From positions 416,001 to 480,000 of the forward strand of contig OY782781.1 in NCBI GenBank assembly GCA_963678315.1: a stretch of 64,000 nucleotides of DNA. The letters are read 5' to 3'. A model generated the notes under the pieces. That model saw only the letters and a list, made by a program, of their open reading frames with translations. It was not told where the DNA came from and did not search any database. A program made the position numbers and the translations under genes. Source of the DNA: Candidatus Cloacimonadales bacterium (GTDB lineage Bacteria; Cloacimonadota; Cloacimonadia; Cloacimonadales; JAFGVF01). This document shows, one piece after another, positions 28,049 through 37,117 of the stretch (position 1 is the first letter of the stretch; every line of letters begins with the position of its first letter).

Positions 28049-29248
28049 ATGGCAAAGATTCCAAGAGGCGAAAGACTAATTCTAACTATCATAGGCAAAA
28101 GAAATGCAGGTAAATCTTCATTAATAAACGCAATGACAGGACAAGAGATTTCTATTGTATCAAACACTCCAGGAACCACTACAGACCCTGTTTCTAAGCC
28201 TTACGAGCTATTACCACTAGGTCCTGTTACTATCTATGATACTGCTGGGATTGATGATGTTGGAGAATTAGGAGAGCAAAGAGTTAAAAAAACAAGAAAG
28301 ATTCTTTTTAGAACAGATATTGCCATTCTTGTAACCGAATCTACAGAGGTTGACCAAGATTTACAAGAAATGATTTCAGACCTACAACAGCTAAAGGTCC
28401 CTTTTATAATTGCTTTTAATAAGAATGATATGAATCCACTTCCTAAAGAAACTAAGAAATACTGTCGTGATAACAAGATTCTATTTTCTTCTGTATCAGG
28501 GGTTACTGGTGATGGAGTAAGAATGCTTAAAGAAAAGCTTGTTACCTTAGCACCATCGAGTATTACCAAAGAGAATAATCTTGTCTCTGACCTACTTAGG
28601 CCAGGTCAGCTTGTTGTGTTAGTTGTTCCAATAGATTTAGCAGCTCCTAAAGGTAGGCTTATACTTCCTCAAGTTCAAGTAATCAGAGAAGTACTAGATT
28701 CCGATGCAGTAGGCATTATTGTTAAAGAACGTGAATTAGAGAAAGCCTTAGCTGGCTTGAGCAGAAAACCTGACTTAGTTATTACAGACTCTCAAGTAGT
28801 ACTAAAAGTAATCGGTGATGTTCCGAAAGACGTAAGATTTACTACTTTCTCTACCCTATTTGCAAGATATAAAGGTGACTTTGAAACTCTTATCAATGGA
28901 GCCAAAGCAATAGACAAGTTACAAGATGGCTCCAAAGTATTGATAGCTGAAGCATGCTCTCACCATGTTCAAGCAGATGATATTGGAACTGTTAAGATTC
29001 CTCGCTGGATGAGGCAGTACACTGGTAAGGATATTATCTTCGAAAAGAAAGCAGGAAATGATTTCCCTGAGAACTTAGAAGAATATGACCTTGTCCTACA
29101 CTGTGGTTCTTGTATGCTCAATCAAATGGAGATGAAACGCAGAATCATGGAATGTGTAAGAAGAGGTGTTCCAATAGCCAACTATGGAGTAACTATCTCC
29201 AAATTACATGGAGTTCTTGATAGAGTTATCGAACCATTCTTTAAGTAA
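28049..29248 (+). CDS. hydF: [FeFe]-hydrogenase maturation GTPase HydF
   Basis: GKRNAGKSS, GTTTDPV, DTAG, NKND, APKGRLILPQ, EACSHH..HCGSC. Confidence 0.96.
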   Translation: MAKIPRGERLILTIIGKRNAGKSSLINAMTGQEISIVSNTPGTTTDPVSKPYELLPLGPVTIYDTAGIDDVGELGEQRVKKTRKILFRTDIAILVTESTEVDQDLQEMISDLQQLKVPFIIAFNKNDMNPLPKETKKYCRDNKILFSSVSGVTGDGVRMLKEKLVTLAPSSITKENNLVSDLLRPGQLVVLVVPIDLAAPKGRLILPQVQVIREVLDSDAVGIIVKERELEKALAGLSRKPDLVITDSQVVLKVIGDVPKDVRFTTFSTLFARYKGDFETLINGAKAIDKLQDGSKVLIAEACSHHVQADDIGTVKIPRWMRQYTGKDIIFEKKAGNDFPENLEEYDLVLHCGSCMLNQMEMKRRIMECVRRGVPIANYGVTISKLHGVLDRVIEPFFK

Positions 29249-29285
29249 AATAAACAACTATATAAAACTATTTAAGACTAAAAAC

Positions 29286-29322
29286 TTATGTAAATTCGGA
29301 ATTGAATTCCGAATTTACATAA
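29286..29322. repeat. Near-perfect 37-bp palindrome (REP-like or terminator)
   Basis: TTATGTAAATTCGGAATT-G-AATTCCGAATTTACATAA. Confidence 0.8.
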
Positions 29323-29343
29323 AAATATCTTTCTGGAGCATCA

Positions 29344-30303
29344 ATGAAATTAATCATGGCACCCATGCTTGCTATTACAGATGTTAAATTCAGGAATGTC
29401 TATAATAAGTACTTCCCTGATTTTGATTATGCAATAACCCCTTTCGTAAGCCTTTCTACCGGTAACAAGATTACTAGAAAGTCTTTTAGGGACTTTATTC
29501 CTCAAGAGCAAACAATGACGATTGTTCCTCAGCTTCTAAATCATGACGCAAATACTTTTGTTGAAGGTGTCAGATATTTACATAGCTTGGGCTACCAAGA
29601 AATAAATCTCAATTTGGGTTGTCCTGACCCCGGAATACTAAGGAAAGGTCGGGGAGCTTTTCTATTAGATCAAGCAGAAGTTCTTGATAGCAAGTTTGAA
29701 AAGATATTCAATGAACTTCAAGCTTCAGACCTCGTTTCCTTAAAGATAAGAGGTGGGAATAAAAGCTTTGATAATCTGCCAAAACTAATAGAAGTAATCA
29801 ATAAATACCCTTTTAAGAATGTTACACTGCATGCTAGATCTGCTCTTCAGATGTATCAAGGACGAATCAATTTAGATGTGGTAGATTATGTTTATGCTAA
29901 CCTAAAGCACAAACTAATCTTCAATGGAGATATAACATCTGTAGAAGTATTCAAGATCTTTGCTTCAAGATATCCAAAGATTGACGTTTGGATGATTGGT
30001 CGAGGCTTCTTGCGCAATCCATTTCTTCCTATGATGATTAAAAAGAACAATTCAGGATTATATGATAGCAGTAAGATTATATCTTGGAACACCCAAGTCT
30101 TCAAAGAATTTAAGGATTTCTCCCATAACGATATGTATGTTCTTGGAAGAATGAAGAACCTGTGGAAGTATTTAGGCTATAGTTTTAGCAATAGTGAAAG
30201 ATTTATGAAAGAAGTGTTGACCTGTCTAGACGCATCTAGATTTTTACACTTAACTAATGACATATTAAGAAGAGAAGAATTTATAGGAGAAAGCAATGTT
30301 TGA
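29344..30303 (+). CDS. tRNA-dihydrouridine synthase family protein
   Basis: MAPM..TD, NLNLGCP, TLHAR, NGDI, MIGRG. Confidence 0.9.
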   Translation: MKLIMAPMLAITDVKFRNVYNKYFPDFDYAITPFVSLSTGNKITRKSFRDFIPQEQTMTIVPQLLNHDANTFVEGVRYLHSLGYQEINLNLGCPDPGILRKGRGAFLLDQAEVLDSKFEKIFNELQASDLVSLKIRGGNKSFDNLPKLIEVINKYPFKNVTLHARSALQMYQGRINLDVVDYVYANLKHKLIFNGDITSVEVFKIFASRYPKIDVWMIGRGFLRNPFLPMMIKKNNSGLYDSSKIISWNTQVFKEFKDFSHNDMYVLGRMKNLWKYLGYSFSNSERFMKEVLTCLDASRFLHLTNDILRREEFIGESNV

Positions 30304-31435
30304 ATACAGAAAGAATAATAGTTACTTTGCCCAAGTTTCTGGTACTATGGAGAATATAGCAGAAAAGGAATTAAGAAAGCTTGGGGCTAAGAAGCTTGAA
30401 GTAAGTAGTAGAGGATGCTACTTTGAAGCTGATGACGAATCCTTATATCGTATTGTTCTTATGGCTAAAACAACTCAACGTATTCTTGCTCCTCTTGTAA
30501 AATTCAAGTGCTTTAGCACTAAGTATTTAGGAATCCTTGTCTATAAAGATATTCATTGGTCTCAACTATTTAGTTTGGAAGAAACTTTCGGGATAGTGTG
30601 CAATGTGAGAGACAGTAACATAACCAATTCACATTATGCTAGCCAAGTGATGAAAGATTCTATCTGCGACCAATATAAGCTTAAAACTGGACAAAGACCT
30701 AACTTCAGCATTAAAGAAGCTGATATTCTATTTAACCTTCATATTCAAGATAATGAAGCAACTATAAGTATTGATTTGTGTGGTTCTTCCATGCATAAAA
30801 GAGGCTACAAAACAAGTGCTGTTCGTGCCCCCTTGCAAGAGACAATTGCTAATGCCCTTCTCCAAAGAACTGGCTGGGATGGCTCTAAAAAGCTTATTGA
30901 CTTTATGTGCGGTTCTGGAACTTTCTTAGGTGAAGCTGTTCAAAACTATTGTGGTCTTCCTAATGATATTATTAAGCCAAACACCCATATAAAAAAACTT
31001 CCTAACTTCGATATTGATTTATGGAATAAGGTTAAAGCCGATATAGAAGCTAATAGAAAGGTCTTGCCCGAAAATCTAATCTATGGTAATGATATATCTC
31101 CAACTAATGTGGTAGCATCAATGGAGAATGTTAGACACTTACCTGAAGGGGATAAGGTTAACTTCGATAATCGTAACTTTAAATCAATTAAATATATTAA
31201 AGACGCTGTAATTATTATAAACCCTCCTTATGGTATCAGACTGAATGATATTGCTACAATCAAAGAACTTTACCGTGATATTGGGATATTCTTCAGAGAA
31301 AAATGCAGTAATTGTGAAGCTTATGTTTTATCAGGAAGTAAAGAATTAATCGACGCTATTCAGTTAAAACCAGAATGGACTAAGAGAGTTAGGAATGGAA
31401 ATATCGATGGAGCTTTTGCTAAATTCAACATCTAG
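30296..31435 (+). CDS. THUMP-domain RNA methyltransferase (RlmL/RlmK-L N-terminal-like)
   Basis: MHKRGY, APLQETIA, DFMCGSGTF, NPPYG. Confidence 0.9.
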   Translation: MFEYRKNNSYFAQVSGTMENIAEKELRKLGAKKLEVSSRGCYFEADDESLYRIVLMAKTTQRILAPLVKFKCFSTKYLGILVYKDIHWSQLFSLEETFGIVCNVRDSNITNSHYASQVMKDSICDQYKLKTGQRPNFSIKEADILFNLHIQDNEATISIDLCGSSMHKRGYKTSAVRAPLQETIANALLQRTGWDGSKKLIDFMCGSGTFLGEAVQNYCGLPNDIIKPNTHIKKLPNFDIDLWNKVKADIEANRKVLPENLIYGNDISPTNVVASMENVRHLPEGDKVNFDNRNFKSIKYIKDAVIIINPPYGIRLNDIATIKELYRDIGIFFREKCSNCEAYVLSGSKELIDAIQLKPEWTKRVRNGNIDGAFAKFNI

Positions 31436-31590
31436 AATTCATTCTACAAGAACTGCTTCATAACTTATATTGTCTTAAATAAAGAGTTAAGACCAGATTA
31501 TTTATTATTAAATTAAAAATTCCTTTACAATTAAATTTAATATACTTATCTTAGTTTTATAGTAGATATTACAAGATATATGGGGAATAA

Positions 31591-32955
31591 ATGGATAAGT
31601 ATACTATTTTTAATTTAGTAGAAGTTAAATGTTTCACAGCAAACTTAAATAAATTAAGTGAGCAAAAGAATAGCATTGAAGTTTTAACAGAAAACTTCGA
31701 AAACCATACCCCAAATATTATATTTATCACAACAGACAACTTAGATTTGATATATAAATATCCGCTTGAGTCTATAGTGGGAGTTGTTCAACAAGCTAGT
31801 GATTTCAACACCTTTTTTGAGAATGAAATTGTTCATAATATTCCTTGTGATATCAGTTATGATAAACTATTTAGGTATATTTTCAACAATAATTCAGTAA
31901 GACAATATAACCGTCTTGCTCAGAAAATTAGGATGAAAACTACCTTCCCTCTTAGGGATTTCATTATCTTTACAGAAGCTATGTTTCATGCTAGTGCTAA
32001 TGGCTTAGCATTCTTAACTCCGGATTTTGAACTTCTTTTTTCTAACAGTAACTTTAAACTTATGTTTCAGGATATTTATGAAGTCAAGCCTATAAAGAAT
32101 AAACTAATATATAGTAATTTAAGTAAACCACACAAGGAATTTTGGCTTGATATTATTAAGGATAGCATTAAAAAAGAATCTTATCACAAAGGTTACAGAA
32201 ACTCTTCTAATAACCCTACATCCAAATATTACGATCTTCACCTGACTCTTTTAAAACAAGATTCATCCATATTCGGTTATACAATCAGAATCAATGATAT
32301 TACTAAGCTCAAAGCTGTTAATAATGATTTGCAGCGTTATTACAACTATCTGCTTAAGCAAAACAAAAAGCTTGAGTACGCTAATAAAGAGATTGCAACT
32401 AAGAACAATCATTTGAAGGCTGCCTATAAGAAAGTTAATTCTTTATCTAGAATCGACTATCTAACACAACTTCCTAATAGAAGGCATTTCTTAGAGAAGA
32501 TTGAATATGAACAACAAAGATTTAAACGTCATGAAGTTCCTTTCATCCTTGCCTATGGTGATATTGATGATTTCAAAAAGGTTAATGATGAGTATGGGCA
32601 TGATGCAGGTGATTTTGTTCTAGTTACAATTTCAAAGATTATATCATCTACCATTAGAAATATTGACTTTGCTTGCCGTTGGGGTGGTGAGGAATTCATT
32701 ATCTTTCTAGAAGAAAAAGATATTGTAAAAGGGAAGAAAGCTATTGAACGTGTGGTAAAAAACATAGCTAAAGAAGATTTTACTTATAATGGTATATCTC
32801 ATAATATCACCATGACTTTTGGCCTTGCTCTTTATAATAAAGATGAAGATATTTCGATTTGTATTAATGAAGCTGATGAACGCTTATATTGGGGTAAAAA
32901 TAACGGTAAAGACCAAATAGTAATATCAATCGCAGACCAAGAAGATAGCAAATAA
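31591..32955 (+). CDS. Diguanylate cyclase (PAS-like + coiled coil + GGDEF)
   Basis: DYLTQLPNRR, DIDDFKKVNDEYGHDAGD, I-site RNID, RWGGEEF. Confidence 0.93.
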   Translation: MDKYTIFNLVEVKCFTANLNKLSEQKNSIEVLTENFENHTPNIIFITTDNLDLIYKYPLESIVGVVQQASDFNTFFENEIVHNIPCDISYDKLFRYIFNNNSVRQYNRLAQKIRMKTTFPLRDFIIFTEAMFHASANGLAFLTPDFELLFSNSNFKLMFQDIYEVKPIKNKLIYSNLSKPHKEFWLDIIKDSIKKESYHKGYRNSSNNPTSKYYDLHLTLLKQDSSIFGYTIRINDITKLKAVNNDLQRYYNYLLKQNKKLEYANKEIATKNNHLKAAYKKVNSLSRIDYLTQLPNRRHFLEKIEYEQQRFKRHEVPFILAYGDIDDFKKVNDEYGHDAGDFVLVTISKIISSTIRNIDFACRWGGEEFIIFLEEKDIVKGKKAIERVVKNIAKEDFTYNGISHNITMTFGLALYNKDEDISICINEADERLYWGKNNGKDQIVISIADQEDSK

Positions 32956-33046
32956 TAAACTTAGTAATAACAAGATATTAATAAGCTTTCCCTTTAATCA
33001 AAAAAAAGAGTACCAATTTCTCAGTACTCTTATAATCTATAGTAAA

Positions 33047-34315
33047 TTATTTTATCAAATCTATATGTTTACGTTTAAATGGCATTGTCATACAACGACA
33101 GCCACCACCACCACGGGCTAATTCTGATCCTTCAATAGCTACACAATATTTTGAATATTGTGATATATCTATTTTCTTAGAAGCAACATCTTTGGCTGTT
33201 AAGATATCAAAACCATGCTTTGCTAATTCATCTATAGTATGAGTATTTCTACCATAACCAAAGATTTTTCCAGGACCTACTGAAAAGAAATTACAACCAC
33301 TGTGCCATTGTTCTCTTTCTTGAGTCCATACATTGGTTCTTCCACCACATATAAGTGGTTCTACTTCATGCCCTAACTTAGCTAAAGCAGTAATAATTGT
33401 ATCTTCATAAGTTATTTCAACTTCGCCATTTCTAATTCTAATTGAAACTGTTTCTAGCTTAGTATTCTTTAGAATTACAGGTTCATAAACCATTACTTGA
33501 TGTTTATCTAAGAAAGTGAATACCATATCCAAATGAATGAATGATTCAGGTGCTAAAGGAAGTTCTTGAACTATAATATTAAAATCAATATTATTTCTTT
33601 TATAGTGTTCAACTAGATAGTCAATACCTTGAGATGTTGTTCTACCACCTAAACCTATAAGAAGTGTATTCTCGTTAGCAACAAGAACATCTCCACCTTC
33701 GATAGTGATATCTTTTGGTGGTACTTTCTTTGAGTTAAGAGGATTAAGAGTACGAGCTTTAAAGTTAGGATGGTAGTCAAATATTGCTTCCATAATAATA
33801 GATTCTCTTTCTCTAACTTGGTTAGCCATTTTCCCGATAAGAACATCATTTCCAACTGTCATAGAAGCATCTCTCATGAAGAAGAAGTTATGTAATGGTC
33901 TTAAAATATATTTCTCATGAGATAAGAAATTTGTTAAGTTATTCTTCTTTAATACAACACCTTCAAAGAGCTGTCTAGCTGTCTCTTTTGGAGATAAAGC
34001 CATTAAGGAATTAAAGACTCTATGCTCATTCTCGTAACTACAGATTTTATGGATTAAACTATGTTTTACTTTTTCATTAACCAACACTTCAGCAAGTAAA
34101 TCCCTTACCTCGAAAGTATTAGTAACTTGCGATAGTGCTTGGCAGAAATCAGAATATTCAGTTTCAGCTACTTTAAGATTTAGAATATCACTGTATAAAG
34201 CTTTCTCAGCATTACCGGGAGTCATATTCTCAACTTCTTTGCCTGGTTTATGTAGAATTACTCCTTCTAATTCCCCCACTTCTGAAGTAACTTGAACTGG
34301 TACTTGATTTGTCAT
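33047..34315 (-). CDS. arcA: Arginine deiminase
   Basis: SEVGELEGVILHKPG, FMRD, IEGGD, HLD, ELARGGGGCRCMTMP. Confidence 0.93.
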   Translation of the reverse strand: MTNQVPVQVTSEVGELEGVILHKPGKEVENMTPGNAEKALYSDILNLKVAETEYSDFCQALSQVTNTFEVRDLLAEVLVNEKVKHSLIHKICSYENEHRVFNSLMALSPKETARQLFEGVVLKKNNLTNFLSHEKYILRPLHNFFFMRDASMTVGNDVLIGKMANQVRERESIIMEAIFDYHPNFKARTLNPLNSKKVPPKDITIEGGDVLVANENTLLIGLGGRTTSQGIDYLVEHYKRNNIDFNIIVQELPLAPESFIHLDMVFTFLDKHQVMVYEPVILKNTKLETVSIRIRNGEVEITYEDTIITALAKLGHEVEPLICGGRTNVWTQEREQWHSGCNFFSVGPGKIFGYGRNTHTIDELAKHGFDILTAKDVASKKIDISQYSKYCVAIEGSELARGGGGCRCMTMPFKRKHIDLIK

Positions 34316-34419
34316 GTTAGTCTCCTTAAATAGAACAATTCAAAGTGTTCTAGATGTTATAACTTATAATATTATATTTGTTATTTCTGCAATAAGCAGT
34401 AAAATTGAGTAATTTTCAT

Positions 34420-34449
34420 TAAAAAAAACCCTGCACTAGAGTACAGGGA
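34420..34449 (-). terminator. Terminator of efp operon
   Basis: CCCTGTAC-TCTA-GTGCAGGG followed by T8 on the minus strand. Confidence 0.8.
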
Positions 34450-34468
34450 TTATGCTAATTTATTCAAA

Positions 34469-34681
34469 CTATGCGTCAACTTTGCCAGCAAGAAGATCTT
34501 TTTCGTTACATTTACACATGTCAACGAATTGATATCTAGGAGCCCATGTTGAGCTTTTAGATTTTCTTGATCTAACAAGTTTTACTTTCTTAATTTCTGT
34601 ATTACATACAGGACACATCACTTTACCTTCAGTTGAAAGTTCGTGAGCTAGCTTTGCAGCAAATGCTTTACCTTTAGCCAT
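34469..34681 (-). CDS. Small basic Cys4 protein, probable bL38/DUF4295-like ribosomal protein
   Basis: GGAGG SD; MAKGK..CPVC..IKKVKLVRSRKSKSSTWAPRYQFVDMCKC; cotranscribed with efp. The CDS is secure, the function is inferred. Confidence 0.6.
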   Translation of the reverse strand: MAKGKAFAAKLAHELSTEGKVMCPVCNTEIKKVKLVRSRKSKSSTWAPRYQFVDMCKCNEKDLLAGKVDA

Positions 34682-34716
34682 TTATTCCTCCTAAGGATTC
34701 ATATTTTTTTTATTTA

Positions 34717-35277
34717 TTATGCACGTTCCATGTATTGACCTGTTCTAGTGTCAATACGGATTTTTTCGCCTTGTTCTACAAAGAATGGAACAGTAATTCT
34801 TAAACCGGTTTCTGTGATTGCAACTTTACCAGAACCAGAAGCAGTGTTACCTTTTATGTTAGGTTCACATTCAGCAATCTCTTGTACAACTGAAATAGGA
34901 ATTTCAACATCTACAATATCGTTATCTGGTGTTATTTTTATAGTAATCTGCATGTTTTCTTGAAGAAACTTTTCATACTTTTCCATAACATCAGATGGAA
35001 CATTCATCATTTCGTAGTTTTCTAAGTCCATAAGAACATAAAAATCACCATCACGATATAAATATTCTTTCTTCTGTTTTTCAATTCTAACTTCTGTCAA
35101 AGTCTCACTAATTCTGAATGTGTTATCAACAACCTGTCCAGTCTTCATGTTTCTTAGTTTTGATCTTACAAAAGCTGCACCTTTTCCAGGTTTAACATGT
35201 AAGAATTCAACAAATTCATAAAGTCCATTTTTCCATTCTATAATCATTCCATTTCTAATATCTGAAGTAGAAGCCAT
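34717..35277 (-). CDS. efp: Translation elongation factor P
   Basis: HVKPGKGAAFVR, KGNTASG, ETGLRITVPFF, IDTRTGQYMER. Confidence 0.98.
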   Translation of the reverse strand: MASTSDIRNGMIIEWKNGLYEFVEFLHVKPGKGAAFVRSKLRNMKTGQVVDNTFRISETLTEVRIEKQKKEYLYRDGDFYVLMDLENYEMMNVPSDVMEKYEKFLQENMQITIKITPDNDIVDVEIPISVVQEIAECEPNIKGNTASGSGKVAITETGLRITVPFFVEQGEKIRIDTRTGQYMERA

Positions 35278-35512
35278 AATTCCTCTTATTAATTTTAATT
35301 CTCTATCATGACATAAAATAAGATACTGTATTTATGGCAAGGAAAAAATGTAATTGCTACTAATTTAATCTTCTTACAGGATTATGTTTGAACTATTATT
35401 AATCAGAAGGAACAAACATTTATCCTGTTTTCATGCAATATTTTTAACTTATAAAACCAATCAGAAAGAACAAATTATTCATTACGCTATACTCCATATT
35501 GCTTAATGCTTG

Positions 35513-35648
35513 CTTGCCTCCTGCATTAAATTGGCTTTTTATGCAGGTGGAGCAAGGGCACATAGGCAGTTAGAAATTATGCTTTAGGAGTGAGGTAACT
35601 GGGATCCCCAGCCTCAGCGCTGGTTTCACTTAGAAGCTGTGATAAGTG
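35513..35648 (-). repeat. Mosaic REP-like element, copy D
   Basis: Reverse complement of a CACTTA..TAAGTG unit, GATCCCAGT, heptamers, CTGCCTATGTGCCC and the CCTGCAT..ATGCAGG hairpin. Confidence 0.8.
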
Positions 35649-35755
35649 AGGAGTAGGCATGCTTTCATGTACTTCGTGATTATATATCTTAAACCCTGAC
35701 AAGACATTAAGCTTAACGTAAATAGTGGAGATTATTACAATAAAAGATAACCATA

Positions 35756-37117
35756 TTACAGAGCATACTTCTCAAGTCTTCTAATGAGAGCATGACGTGA
35801 TATTCCTAACAATATGGCAGCCTTACTTTGGTTATTGTTAGTTTTCTTTAAAGCAAGTTCAATTAGTTTTTTCTCATTCTCCTCTAGATTCAGAGAAGTC
35901 CCCAATTCTCCATTCTTATCATTGTTTTTATCCACTCCAAAATGGGATAGAGTTAAGGTATTACTATCACAAAAGATCATAGCTTTCTCTACAATATTCT
36001 TGAGTTCCCTGATATTACCACTGTAATTCAGTTGCTTCAAATGATTAAATACATCTTGTGAGATTTCAGGAATTACTTTTTTAACGCTATTAGAGAACCT
36101 CTTTACAAAATTATATGTAAGCTGTTCTATATCTTCTATGCGTTCTTTTAAAGCTGGAAGTTCTATCTTAAAACCATTTAGTCTATGATACAAGTCACTT
36201 CTAAAGTTACCTTGGGCAATCATTTTATCTAGATTACGATTAGTTGCAGAAATAATTCTCACATTAACTTTGATTGATTTCTGACTTCCTAAAGGGAAAA
36301 ACTCCTGTGCTTCAATAGCTCTAAGAAGTTTACTCTGAATAGAGTATGGCATATCTCCAATTTCATCCAGAAATAGAGTACCGTTATTAGCTAATTGAAA
36401 ATAGCCCTTTTTATTCTTCTCTGCACCTGTAAAAGCACCTTTTTCATATCCGAAGAACTCAGATTCAAACATGGTTTCTGGAATAGCAGAACAGTTGACA
36501 GGAACAAAGAGTTCATCTTTTCTAGCTGAAATTGAATGAATTAAGGAAGCAAGAACTTCTTTTCCTGTACCAGTTTCTCCATGAAGAAAGACATTCACAT
36601 TATCAAACTGTGATATTCTATTAGCTGATTCAAGCATAGCTTTGGAGCTCTCACTAATAGAAACAATATTGCTACATAACTTCTGTTTAACTTTATCTGT
36701 GATAAACTCTTTTTGCTCAGATAATGTTGAGATTTTACTCTTATTCTCTCTGCTTTTTCTAATTCGTTCCAAAGCAATTAAGATGTCGTTGTGAGAAAAG
36801 GGTTTCTTTAAATAATCTGTAGCCCCAAGTCTCATTGCTTCTATAACTGTATCCATATCGCCATGTCCTGAAATCATGATGATATCTACATTAGGATAAT
36901 TCTCTTTTACTTGAGCAATGACATCCAAGCCTGATCCATCATGCAATCTTATATCTTGAACTAAAATATCTATATCGCGCTGACTCAGAATCTCTAGTTC
37001 TTCTTTGATTGAGTGTGCCCGTAAGGTGTCGTAATCATTTATTTCAAAGAAGTCTTTCAATTCAAAGGTAATTCTCTTCTCATCATCAACTATTAGTGCT
37101 GTATGTTTATAATTCAT
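35756..37117 (-). CDS. Sigma-54-dependent response regulator (NtrC/AtoC family)
   Basis: REC domain, GETGTGKE, GAFTGA, LFLDEIG, GNIREL, Fis-type HTH. Confidence 0.96.
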   Translation of the reverse strand: MNYKHTALIVDDEKRITFELKDFFEINDYDTLRAHSIKEELEILSQRDIDILVQDIRLHDGSGLDVIAQVKENYPNVDIIMISGHGDMDTVIEAMRLGATDYLKKPFSHNDILIALERIRKSRENKSKISTLSEQKEFITDKVKQKLCSNIVSISESSKAMLESANRISQFDNVNVFLHGETGTGKEVLASLIHSISARKDELFVPVNCSAIPETMFESEFFGYEKGAFTGAEKNKKGYFQLANNGTLFLDEIGDMPYSIQSKLLRAIEAQEFFPLGSQKSIKVNVRIISATNRNLDKMIAQGNFRSDLYHRLNGFKIELPALKERIEDIEQLTYNFVKRFSNSVKKVIPEISQDVFNHLKQLNYSGNIRELKNIVEKAMIFCDSNTLTLSHFGVDKNNDKNGELGTSLNLEENEKKLIELALKKTNNNQSKAAILLGISRHALIRRLEKYAL

